A program made the position numbers and the translations under genes. From assembly GCA_963662715.1 (NCBI GenBank), contig OY759724.1, positions 1,530,001 through 1,562,000 of the forward strand: a DNA stretch of 32,000 bases, in the 5' to 3' direction. The DNA is from Candidatus Omnitrophota bacterium (GTDB lineage: Bacteria; Omnitrophota; Gorgyraeia; Zapsychrales; JANLHA01). The notes below the pieces were generated by a model, which saw only the letters and a list, made by a program, of their open reading frames with translations, had not been told where the DNA came from and did no database searches. Positions 1 through 7,814 of this stretch are shown in pieces; within the stretch, counting starts at the first letter, position 1; each line of letters begins with the position of its first letter.

Positions 1-692
1 TTGTTTTTATGGAAGAAGACGTTATGGCGGTTGGACGCAGCGGAGAGCAGCCTTTTTGTGTCGAAATGGCCAATGGAGAAAAAATAGAGACCACATCGAT
101 CGTTATTGCGGCAGGCATTGCCATCAATAAGCTAGGGGTAAAAGGTGAGAAAGAATACCATGGGAAAGGCGTGAGCTATTGTGTTGATTGTGATGCAGGA
201 TTTTTTAAGGATAAAAGAGTCGCGGTCGTCGGTAATGGCAGCGCCGCCGTGAGCGGGGCCAGGCTTTTGGCCCTTTATGCCCGTGATGTTTATCTTATTT
301 CAAGAGATATTGATGTTCATGATAATTTAAAGTCACAGCTTAACGCCTCAGAGATTGTGCAGATCAACAATCAATGGGTTAAAGAGATCCTCGGAGACGG
401 GAACAAGGTTGAAAGTGTGTTGTTGGAGAATGATGAAAAATTGAGTTTGGATGGTGTCTTTATTGAGCTGGGGGCAAAAGGGGCGCTGGAGTTATTCCAG
501 CCCTTAGGTCTGGCGCCGGGGGGAGAAAATTTTGCTTATATTGATACAAACAAAAAACAGGAAACCAATATTTCAGGAATTTTTGCCGCAGGAGATATTT
601 GCGGACCCCCTTTTCAGCTTGCGAAGGCTGTGGGGGAGGGCTGTGTCGCCGGCATTAATGCCAGTGATTATGTGAAAATAAAAAATAAATGA
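1..692 (+). CDS. thioredoxin-disulfide reductase-like FAD/NAD(P) oxidoreductase (5' end outside window)
   Basis: The frame is open from base 1. It has a redox CxxC in GVSYCVDCDAGFF followed by KRVAVVGNGSAAV (second Rossmann), and a C-terminal GIFAAGD motif. This is the TrxB-family layout. Confidence 0.75.
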   Translation, partial: VFMEEDVMAVGRSGEQPFCVEMANGEKIETTSIVIAAGIAINKLGVKGEKEYHGKGVSYCVDCDAGFFKDKRVAVVGNGSAAVSGARLLALYARDVYLISRDIDVHDNLKSQLNASEIVQINNQWVKEILGDGNKVESVLLENDEKLSLDGVFIELGAKGALELFQPLGLAPGGENFAYIDTNKKQETNISGIFAAGDICGPPFQLAKAVGEGCVAGINASDYVKIKNK

Positions 693-820
693 AAAAAATA
701 TAAAAGTTGTTATTGCCTGTGGAGTCGCCGCCGGACCTGAAGCGGGCCCAAGAATCCATCGTATGTGTCCGAAGTAGACATCCATTCAAAGCAAAGTTTG
801 AGCCCTTGCGAACTTGAAAG

Positions 821-847
821 ACGAAAAAGGGGGCTGAACATGGCCCC
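821..847 (-). terminator. possible intrinsic terminator read on the minus strand
   Basis: Minus strand reads GGGGC-catgttca-GCCCC followed by CTTTTTCGTC. No convincing gene lies upstream of it. Confidence 0.3.
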
Positions 848-984
848 GTTACTTGATATTGTTTTTTACTCCTTGTTTTGTGTTGTCCTCCCTTTTTTCT
901 CTCACAAAAGATTAAAAGCCGACCTCCCCCGCGTAGCTTGTGCACGGACGCAAAGAGATGAAAATATCGCATCCTTTTCCATAG

Positions 985-1176
985 GGACGGAGTTATTTTT
1001 TTGATGGTCGAAATGTGGGCTTAGATCATTTTGCGGGGGCTATCATATCCGCCGTAAAACAAACAGGGTTAAAAACTGTTGTTATTAAAGCGGATGAGGA
1101 TGCCCGTCTGGGCATGGTGGCCAAAGTGATGGATATCGTCAAAGAAAATTTCTTTGAGATTGAATTTGCCGCGTAA
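985..1176 (+). pseudogene. ExbD/TolR-like C-terminal fragment (no start codon, no N-terminal TM)
   Basis: A frame open only from 985 encodes ...FFDGRNVGLDHFAGAIISAVKQTGLKTVVIKADEDARLGMVAKVMDIVKENFFEIEFAA*. This resembles the periplasmic C-terminal half of ExbD/TolR. An in-frame stop lies at 982-984. Confidence 0.4.
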
Positions 1177-1379
1177 GAAGAAATCCTGCTTATGTCCTGT
1201 CCCCAGACTGTATTGAAGAATGAAAGTTGCTCCGGTCATCTGGTTTTAAGGAATCCGATAGAGGAGCCTTAACATCCGTTGGCCGGGCGGGCCCTTTTCC
1301 GCCGTTGTCAGCTGATTTAGAAAAAAGGAACTGGGGTCTGATAAGGACAGTTTCTTAAGATCGGAAATATAAAAAAAGA

Positions 1380-1428
1380 TTGATTTTAAATGCTGTTGTG
1401 TTACAATTTTTAAAATCATGACACGACA
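1380..1428 (+). promoter_or_regulatory. sigma70-like promoter with overlapping imperfect palindrome upstream of the NikR-like gene
   Basis: TTGATT (1380-1385), 16 nt, TACAAT (1402-1407). TGTTGTGT (1394-1401) and ACACGACA (1421-1428) form a 7/8 inverted repeat spanning the -10. Confidence 0.35.
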
Positions 1429-1440
1429 GGATCCGACGAA

Positions 1441-1857
1441 ATGGCTGATTTATTCAGATTTGGTATTTCTTTACCGAGAGATTTAATTGAAAAATTTGAC
1501 GGAGCCATCAGGGGAAAGAGTTATACGAACCGGTCGAAGGCGATCGGCGATCTAATACGCCAGGAATTAACCAGAAAAGAGTGGCGTGAAGACCGGGAAA
1601 TAGCGGGCGCGGTTATACTCATTTATAATCATCGCAAAAAAGAACTTTTCCACAAGATAACGCATTTACAAGACAGCTTCCGTACAATAATTATTTCCGC
1701 AGAACACATTTATTTGGATCGTAATCATTGTCTTGAAATAATCGCCATCAAAGGTAACTCTCTGCCAGCGCAAAATTTGACCAATAGTTTAAGAGCCATT
1801 AAAGGAATTAAGCGTGTGATGTTGAGTATGGCAGACACAGGGCCGACGGCAGAATAG
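1441..1857 (+). CDS. NikR-family ribbon-helix-helix transcriptional regulator
   Basis: N-terminal RHH (FGISLPRDLIEKFD...YTNRSKAIGDLIRQ) plus a C-terminal ACT-like metal-binding domain (VILIYNHRKKEL...AEHIYLDRNHCLEIIAIKG). Confidence 0.8.
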   Translation: MADLFRFGISLPRDLIEKFDGAIRGKSYTNRSKAIGDLIRQELTRKEWREDREIAGAVILIYNHRKKELFHKITHLQDSFRTIIISAEHIYLDRNHCLEIIAIKGNSLPAQNLTNSLRAIKGIKRVMLSMADTGPTAE

Positions 1858-1957
1858 TGCTTTACTTTTTTTAATATAAGTATAGAATTTATGTTATTAA
1901 AATGTGGAAGAATAATCAGGGGATTTTGGAAACAGGAACTTTTAAACGGAGGGAAAT

Positions 1958-2326
1958 ATGTCCAAAATATTGATTGTCGATGATAATGACGATTTTTTAC
2001 AGGCCTGTGAAGCGGTCCTCACAAAAGAGGGATACGAAATTGTATCGGCAAATTCGGTCGCGGAGGCGGAGCCAATCATTAGCGGCGGCGGCTTAAGTTT
2101 AATCCTGCTTGATATCATGATGGAAAAGCCTGATGACGGTATATCTTTGGCTCATAAACTTAAAAGAGACGGCGTTAATATCCCGGTAATAATGCTGAGC
2201 GGGGTGGGCAAGATTACCGGTTATGAATATAAATCTGATGAAATGCTGCCTTGTTTGGATTTTATTGAAAAACCCGTTAATCCAGACCTGTTGTTGAAGA
2301 AAGTCAAGGCCGTTGTTGGGGAATAG
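1958..2326 (+). CDS. single-domain CheY-like response regulator receiver
   Basis: ILIVDDNDD, LILLDIMM (phospho-acceptor Asp), MLSG and EKP (Lys) are at canonical spacing. RBS is ggaggg. No output domain. Confidence 0.85.
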   Translation: MSKILIVDDNDDFLQACEAVLTKEGYEIVSANSVAEAEPIISGGGLSLILLDIMMEKPDDGISLAHKLKRDGVNIPVIMLSGVGKITGYEYKSDEMLPCLDFIEKPVNPDLLLKKVKAVVGE

Positions 2327-2352
2327 CATTTAATTTATGGAAGGTGGATAAC

Positions 2353-2829
2353 ATGGAATCTTTCTGCTCTTTAAAGAAAATAGTCAAGAAAAATGGGAAG
2401 CAACCTGTCGTATGCGATGATGTTCGGTCATACCTCCTGGCAGAACTTCAAAGGGTTCAGGATAAGGAAGGATATATCTCGGATGAAAATATGCAGAAGA
2501 CAGCGCGGCAGTTCAAACTTCATCCGGTTGAGGTTTATTCTGTCGTATCTTTCTATTCCTTCCTTTCGACGGAAAAGAAAGGAACGCATGTCATACGGAT
2601 AAGCAATTGCGTGTCATGTGTCATGAAAGGCAATGAGGCCCTCATCAATGCTTTTGAGAAGAAACTGGGTGTGAAATGCGGAGAAACAACAGGGGACGGT
2701 AAATATAGTCTCGAGAAGACCAGTTGCATAGGCATGTGTGACAAGGCCCCGGCGATCATGGTTAATGATAAATTGCTGGGTCCTGTCGGCCCGGATGACG
2801 TAGATTCAATTATCAATCAGCTGCAATAA
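2353..2829 (+). CDS. NuoE-like [2Fe-2S] thioredoxin-fold hydrogenase subunit (HydC/HndA type)
   Basis: Cys ligand pattern SNCVSC ... TSCIGMCDKAPAIMVND. ATG 2353 is preferred over GTG 2344 because of the ggaagg RBS at 2338-2343. Confidence 0.85.
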   Translation: MESFCSLKKIVKKNGKQPVVCDDVRSYLLAELQRVQDKEGYISDENMQKTARQFKLHPVEVYSVVSFYSFLSTEKKGTHVIRISNCVSCVMKGNEALINAFEKKLGVKCGETTGDGKYSLEKTSCIGMCDKAPAIMVNDKLLGPVGPDDVDSIINQLQ

Positions 2830-2852
2830 GCGAAGAAAAGGAGTCCCGTAAT

Positions 2853-4028
2853 ATGTGTAAAAGGCAAGGTCCAGTAATCTTTAGCGATATCGACCCGTTA
2901 TCCGGGTTAAAGAAAGCTTTAAATATGTCAAGAATTGAAGTTGTGGAAGAAGTCAGGGCTTCAAATATCCGAGGAAGAGGGGGCGCAGGGTTCCCCACAG
3001 GTGTTAAGTGGAATCTCGCGGCAGCGGCTCAAGCGGAATATAAATACGTCGTCTGTAACGCGGATGAAGGCGAACCCGGGACATTCAAAGACAGGATTCT
3101 GTTGACGGAGTATCCTTCTTTGATCTTAGAGGGTATGATTATTGCCGCATATGCTATAGGAGCGCAGAAAGGATATATCTATTTAAGGGGGGAATATAAA
3201 AGCCTGAAACAGGAATTTGAAAGACTCGCGGAGGAGATGCGGAAGGCCGGTACGCTCGGGGAGAAAATACTCGGCAAAGAAAAGTTTAACTTTGACATTG
3301 AAATCAGGCTCGGCTCGGGAGCTTATGTCTGCGGCGAAGAAACCGCGCTCATTGAGTCCATGGAAGGACAAAGAGGTGAACCGCGGAACAGGCCGCCGTT
3401 CCCGGTTAATACCGGATTCTTAGGCTACCCCACGATCGTCAATAACGTCGAGACAATAGCAGCGATACCGCATATTATTCTGAAAGGCTCGGATTGGTTT
3501 AAAAAGATCGGGACGGAGAAATCGGCCGGGTCAAAGATTTTAAGTGTGTCGGGAGATTGCGGCAAGCCCGGCGTGTACGAAGTGGCTTTTGGAACAACGG
3601 TGGCCGAAATACTGAAACTGGCGGAAGCCAAAGACACAAAAGCCGTGCAGATAGGCGGCGCTTCCGGAACATGCATAGGAGAGTCAGACTTTAACCGGAA
3701 AATCGCTTTTGAGGATATCGCGACGGGCGGTTCGGTTATTATATTCGACAAAACACGGAATATGCTTGGCGCGGTTGAGAATTTCCTGGAATTTTTCCGG
3801 GAGGAATCCTGCGGACAGTGTACGCCGTGCCGGGAAGGGATTCCGGTCCTCCTGGAGGGGACAGCAAAGATTAAAAGCGGAGAGTGTTCCCGGGGGTATC
3901 TGAACGACCTTTTTTCTTTGGCAGAGACAATGCAGTGCGCGTCCAAATGTGGGTTAGGGCAGACAGCGCCAAATGCTTTTTTAGCGGTCATGGATAATTT
4001 TAAAGAGGATTTCTCGATAAAAAAATAG
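2853..4028 (+). CDS. NuoF-like NAD(P)H/FMN-binding hydrogenase subunit (HydB type), core domain only
   Basis: GRGGAGFPTGVKW, CNADEGEPGTF, and N3-cluster ligands ESCGQCTPCREG ... CGLGQ. Only 391 aa, with no flanking ferredoxin-like domains. Confidence 0.9.
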   Translation: MCKRQGPVIFSDIDPLSGLKKALNMSRIEVVEEVRASNIRGRGGAGFPTGVKWNLAAAAQAEYKYVVCNADEGEPGTFKDRILLTEYPSLILEGMIIAAYAIGAQKGYIYLRGEYKSLKQEFERLAEEMRKAGTLGEKILGKEKFNFDIEIRLGSGAYVCGEETALIESMEGQRGEPRNRPPFPVNTGFLGYPTIVNNVETIAAIPHIILKGSDWFKKIGTEKSAGSKILSVSGDCGKPGVYEVAFGTTVAEILKLAEAKDTKAVQIGGASGTCIGESDFNRKIAFEDIATGGSVIIFDKTRNMLGAVENFLEFFREESCGQCTPCREGIPVLLEGTAKIKSGECSRGYLNDLFSLAETMQCASKCGLGQTAPNAFLAVMDNFKEDFSIKK

Positions 4029-4051
4029 TCTAAAATACGAGGAGAGTTTTT

Positions 4052-5995
4052 ATGAGTAAAGAACCATTTTCGAAAGAGACTTCCCAGGAGTCCACCAGCC
4101 GGAAGTCTCAGGATGTCAATAAGCATACAGCCGAAAGCGCCCTTGGCGGTACTGTGAAAGTCGTGATTGATGATATAGAACTATCTGTCCCTTTCGGGAC
4201 GACTATTTTAGAGGCGGCCAAAAAAGTGAATATAAAAATACCGACACTCTGCCATCATGAAGATCTTTGCCTGGCGGGTGTCTGCCGTATCTGCGTGGTA
4301 GAAGTCGAAGGTCAAAGGACCCTGCAGGCCTCCTGCAGCTACCCGATCTTTGACCCGATAAAGGTACGGACCCATTCCCCCAGAATCAGAAGGGCGAGAA
4401 AGAATATCATCAGTCTCCTTTTAAAGAATCATTATGGCGAATGTTATAGCTGTAAAAAGAATGGAAACTGTGAATTGCAGGATCTGGCCAAGGAATACGG
4501 CGTTGAGGATTACAAATTCGGTCATATCGCAAAGCCGCGATTCGGGATAGACGATTCAAGTTACGCGATTGTCCGGGATATGGATAAGTGCATTCTTTGC
4601 AAACGCTGTGTCCGTACCTGCATTGATCTGCAGGGCGTGGGAGTGCTGGAATCGGAAAACAGAGGGGACAAGACGAAAATAGCTGCGTATATGGACAAAC
4701 CCATGGGAGAAGTTGTCTGTATTAACTGCGGGCAGTGCGTTAACCGTTGTCCTACCGGAGCGCTTAGGGAAAAGACGGATATAGAAAAGGTCTGGGATGC
4801 CATAGATGATCCTGATAAACATGTTGTTATCCAGACAGCCCCGGCCCCCAGAGCTGCTATCGGGGAGGAATTCGGCCTGCCTGCGGGAACATCGGTTACC
4901 AAAAAGCTTAATACGGCTCTGAAGCGCATGGGTTTTGATAAGGTTTTTGACACCAATTTTACGGCAGACCTTACGATTATGGAAGAAGGCACGGAGCTCC
5001 TTTTGCGTATCAAAAAGGCCCTGGTAGAGAAGGACGCTTCTGTCAAACTTCCTCAGTTCACGTCCTGTTCTCCGGGCTGGGTTAAGTTTATTGAGCATTT
5101 TTATCCGGAAAAACTCGATCATGTCTCTACGGCGAAAAGCCCTCAGCAGATGTTCGGCGCTGTTGTGAAAACATGGTACGCAGAACGCAATAATATTGAT
5201 CCTAAAAAAATTGTCAGTGTCTCTTTAATGCCTTGTACAGCGAAGAAATTTGAATGCCAGCGTCCGGAGATGAATGATTCCGGGTTGCAGGATGTGGATT
5301 TTTCTCTCACCACACGCGAATTGGCGCAGATGATAAAAGAAACGGGGCTGGATTTGCCGAGCCTTCCGGCATCGGATTTCGACGATCCTTTGGGGATCGG
5401 ATCGGGCGCCGCTTTGATCTTTGGCGCGACAGGCGGGGTGATGGAGGCCGCGATCCGAACGGCCTATGAAATCGTTACCGGAGAAGAAGTGCCTTTTAAT
5501 AATTTGAACGTTACACCGGTGCGGGGCATGGAGGGGATAAGAGAAGCAGCGCTTCCGGTCACAAAAGCCGTGGAGGAATGGAAATTTTTAGAAGGAGCCA
5601 CTCTCAAGGTCATGATCGCTCACGGAACGGCCAACGCCCGGGAAGTCATGGAGATGTTATGCCGGGGTGAGCTGGACGACTACCATTTTATCGAGATCAT
5701 GGCTTGCCCGGGAGGATGTCTGGGGGGAGGCGGACAGCCTATCCCGACAACGCCGGAAATCCGCGAGGCCCGGGCCCGGGCCCTTTACAGCGAGGATGAA
5801 ACTTTAACCTATAGAAAATCTCACGATAATCCGGTCGTTAAGAAAATTTATGAAGAGTTTTTGACCGAAGGACCCTGCAGTAAGTTGAGCCATAAGCTTC
5901 TGCATACAACTTATCTTGACCGGGGCAACAAAATAGATCCCCGGCAGACGAAGATGAATGCCCAGGAGGCAAAACCGGCGGGCACGCATCACTGA
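4052..5995 (+). CDS. hydA: [FeFe]-hydrogenase catalytic subunit, M3-type architecture
   Basis: N-terminal 2Fe-2S (CHHEDLCLAGVCRIC), His-ligated cluster (HYGECYSCKKNGNC) and 2x[4Fe-4S] (CILCKRCVRTC, CINCGQCVNRCP). H-cluster motifs are FTSCSPGW, MPCTAKKFE and EIMACPGGCLGGGGQP. Confidence 0.9.
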   Translation: MSKEPFSKETSQESTSRKSQDVNKHTAESALGGTVKVVIDDIELSVPFGTTILEAAKKVNIKIPTLCHHEDLCLAGVCRICVVEVEGQRTLQASCSYPIFDPIKVRTHSPRIRRARKNIISLLLKNHYGECYSCKKNGNCELQDLAKEYGVEDYKFGHIAKPRFGIDDSSYAIVRDMDKCILCKRCVRTCIDLQGVGVLESENRGDKTKIAAYMDKPMGEVVCINCGQCVNRCPTGALREKTDIEKVWDAIDDPDKHVVIQTAPAPRAAIGEEFGLPAGTSVTKKLNTALKRMGFDKVFDTNFTADLTIMEEGTELLLRIKKALVEKDASVKLPQFTSCSPGWVKFIEHFYPEKLDHVSTAKSPQQMFGAVVKTWYAERNNIDPKKIVSVSLMPCTAKKFECQRPEMNDSGLQDVDFSLTTRELAQMIKETGLDLPSLPASDFDDPLGIGSGAALIFGATGGVMEAAIRTAYEIVTGEEVPFNNLNVTPVRGMEGIREAALPVTKAVEEWKFLEGATLKVMIAHGTANAREVMEMLCRGELDDYHFIEIMACPGGCLGGGGQPIPTTPEIREARARALYSEDETLTYRKSHDNPVVKKIYEEFLTEGPCSKLSHKLLHTTYLDRGNKIDPRQTKMNAQEAKPAGTHH

Positions 5996-6023
5996 TTGAT
6001 ATATCCGTTGCAGGGTATATAAT
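5996..6023 (+). promoter_or_regulatory. sigma70-like promoter immediately after the hydA stop
   Basis: TTGATA (5996-6001), 16 nt, TATAAT (6018-6023). Confidence 0.4.
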
Positions 6024-6094
6024 ATACGCTCTACCTGCGGTAAGGAGTTTTATCTCTGATCTTTTAGGGTAGCAGGGGCAGTATTTTTAAGAGT

Positions 6095-6142
6095 CCCCTT
6101 CTTCCCTTTGAAGATTACAGGGTGGAAGGGGATTTTTATTTT
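6095..6142 (+). terminator. intrinsic terminator / attenuator hairpin in the leader of the maturation operon
   Basis: CCCCTTCTTCCCT (6095-6107) pairs with AGGGTGGAAGGGG (6119-6131). That is 12 of 13 positions including one G-U, with an 11-nt loop, followed by ATTTTTATTTT. Confidence 0.55.
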
Positions 6143-6157
6143 CAGGAGGGATATCTT

Positions 6158-6406
6158 ATGGACAGAAGAGTCGGCTTTGTAGGAATCATTATAGAGGACA
6201 GAACAAAGACATCGGATGCGGTCAATCACATCCTTTCGGAATTCGGGGATTTTATTATTGCCCGGACCGGGATCCCCTATAAAGATAAGAATTGCTGCGT
6301 GATCACACTCGTGGTTGACGCGACCACGGATGAACTGGGGGCTTTGACCGGAAGGCTCGGCAACCTCGAAGGGCTGTCGGTTAAAGCAGCATTAAGCAGA
6401 AAATAG
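6158..6406 (+). CDS. TM1266-like small ACT-domain protein (putative iron-only hydrogenase system regulator)
   Basis: 82 aa: MDRRVGFVGIIIEDR...ARTGIPYKDKNCCVITLVVDATTDELGALTGRLGNLEGLSVKAAL. AGGAGGG RBS at 6144-6150. The GTG at 6122 was rejected because it lies inside the terminator stem. Confidence 0.65.
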   Translation: MDRRVGFVGIIIEDRTKTSDAVNHILSEFGDFIIARTGIPYKDKNCCVITLVVDATTDELGALTGRLGNLEGLSVKAALSRK

Positions 6407-6419
6407 GCGGATATAAACC

Positions 6420-7814
6420 ATGAACTATCGGATAGAATCTGACAGCTTGGGGCGCGTTGAGATCCCGGAAAAATGTCTGTGGGGGATTCACACCCAGAGG
6501 GCTCTGGATAATTTCCGGCTGTGTCCTTGCCGGCAGAGCCCATCGCTTATAAAAGCCATGGCCCTTGTAAAAAAGGCTTGTTGTCTGGCGAACCTGGAAA
6601 CAGGATATCTTCAGGAGAATAAAGCCTCTGCCATTATGAAAGCCTGTGACGAAATTATAGAAGGAAAGCATGCGGACCAGTTCCCGCTCGACCCTCTGCA
6701 GGGAGGCGCCGGCACGTCTACGAATATGAACATGAATGAGGTCATTAGCAACCGTGCTCTGGAAATTGCAGGCCGTGAGCCGGGAGATTATTCCATGATA
6801 CATCCTATCAGGGATGTCAATATGCATCAATCGACCAATGACGTATATCCCACGGCTGTGAAGATAGCGGTTATTCAGTCTTTGAGAGAATTAAGCCGCC
6901 GGATAGAATCTTTGCAGGCCGCCTTTCAGAAAAAAGAAAAAGAGTTTGCTCATATCGTCAAGATCGGCCGTACGGAAATGCAGGAAGCTGTCCCCATGAC
7001 GCTGGGAGCGGAATTCTCTGCCTTTGCCGAGGCTATCGCCAGGGACAGATGGCGGGTCTTTAAATGTGAGGAAAGAATCCGGTCCGTTAACTTGGGCGGG
7101 ACGGCGGTGGGGACCGGGTTAACGGCCCCGCGGAGCTACATATTCCTGGTTATAGAAAAGCTGCGTGACCTGACGGGATTTGGCCTGTGCCGCGGAGAAA
7201 ACGTCGTTGATCAGACCGCCAATAGCGATAGTTTTATAGAGGTGACAGGCATTCTCCGGGCGCATGCGTCCAACGTCATAAAGATATGCAATGATTTAAG
7301 AATGCTGAATATGCTGGGAGAAGTGCGGCTTAAAGCCGTGCAGACAGGGTCTTCCGTTATGCCGGGGAAAGTGAATCCTGTCATCCTGGAATCCGCCATC
7401 CAGTCCTGCCTGAAAGCCGAGGCCGACTGCCGGCTGGCCTTTGAGGCGTCTTCCCGCAGCAGTTTTCAGATAAACGAATTTATGCCGCTTCTTGCGTTGG
7501 GTGTGCTGGAGGCGCTGGGAATTTTCGTGAACGTCAATGATATGCTGGCGGAACATGTCGCCTGTTTGGAGGCCGATGAGAGCACGTGTCAGGAATATGT
7601 GGAAAACAGCCCGTTCATCATGACTGCGTTTGTTCCTCTGCTCGGATATGAAAAGTGCGAACGGCTTCTTGCGGAATTCTTTTCCGGTTCTTCCGCCCAG
7701 CCTGATATAAAAAAATTTCTAAAAGAAAAGCTCGGGGAGGAAACCGTTAAAAAAACATTGTCACCACAAAATCTGATGTCGCTGGGATACAGGGAACATG
7801 AAAAAAACACCTAA
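6420..7814 (+). CDS. aspartate ammonia-lyase / class II fumarase superfamily protein
   Basis: 464 aa with signature GSSVMPGKVNPV, plus TNMNMNEV and HQSTNDVYPTA motifs. Confidence 0.85.
   Translation: MNYRIESDSLGRVEIPEKCLWGIHTQRALDNFRLCPCRQSPSLIKAMALVKKACCLANLETGYLQENKASAIMKACDEIIEGKHADQFPLDPLQGGAGTSTNMNMNEVISNRALEIAGREPGDYSMIHPIRDVNMHQSTNDVYPTAVKIAVIQSLRELSRRIESLQAAFQKKEKEFAHIVKIGRTEMQEAVPMTLGAEFSAFAEAIARDRWRVFKCEERIRSVNLGGTAVGTGLTAPRSYIFLVIEKLRDLTGFGLCRGENVVDQTANSDSFIEVTGILRAHASNVIKICNDLRMLNMLGEVRLKAVQTGSSVMPGKVNPVILESAIQSCLKAEADCRLAFEASSRSSFQINEFMPLLALGVLEALGIFVNVNDMLAEHVACLEADESTCQEYVENSPFIMTAFVPLLGYEKCERLLAEFFSGSSAQPDIKKFLKEKLGEETVKKTLSPQNLMSLGYREHEKNT

Noticed and set aside
700-800. SRP (4.5S) RNA-like motif TCAGGTCCGG on the minus strand
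   Set aside because: The conserved GGAA tetraloop and symmetric-loop context (CCGGAAGGAAGCAGCC) are absent. Only a 10-nt coincidence remains.
3425-5122. Long antisense ORFs inside the hydB and hydA genes (3425..4126, 4556..5122 and 4561..5046, all minus strand)
   Set aside because: They fully overlap plus-strand genes with unmistakable cofactor motifs. They have no RBS or recognisable motifs and a low-complexity Arg/Ser-rich composition typical of antisense frames.
6122-6157. GTG start at 6122 for the ACT-domain gene
   Set aside because: It lies within the 3' arm of the terminator stem and has no RBS. ATG 6158 is preceded by AGGAGGG.
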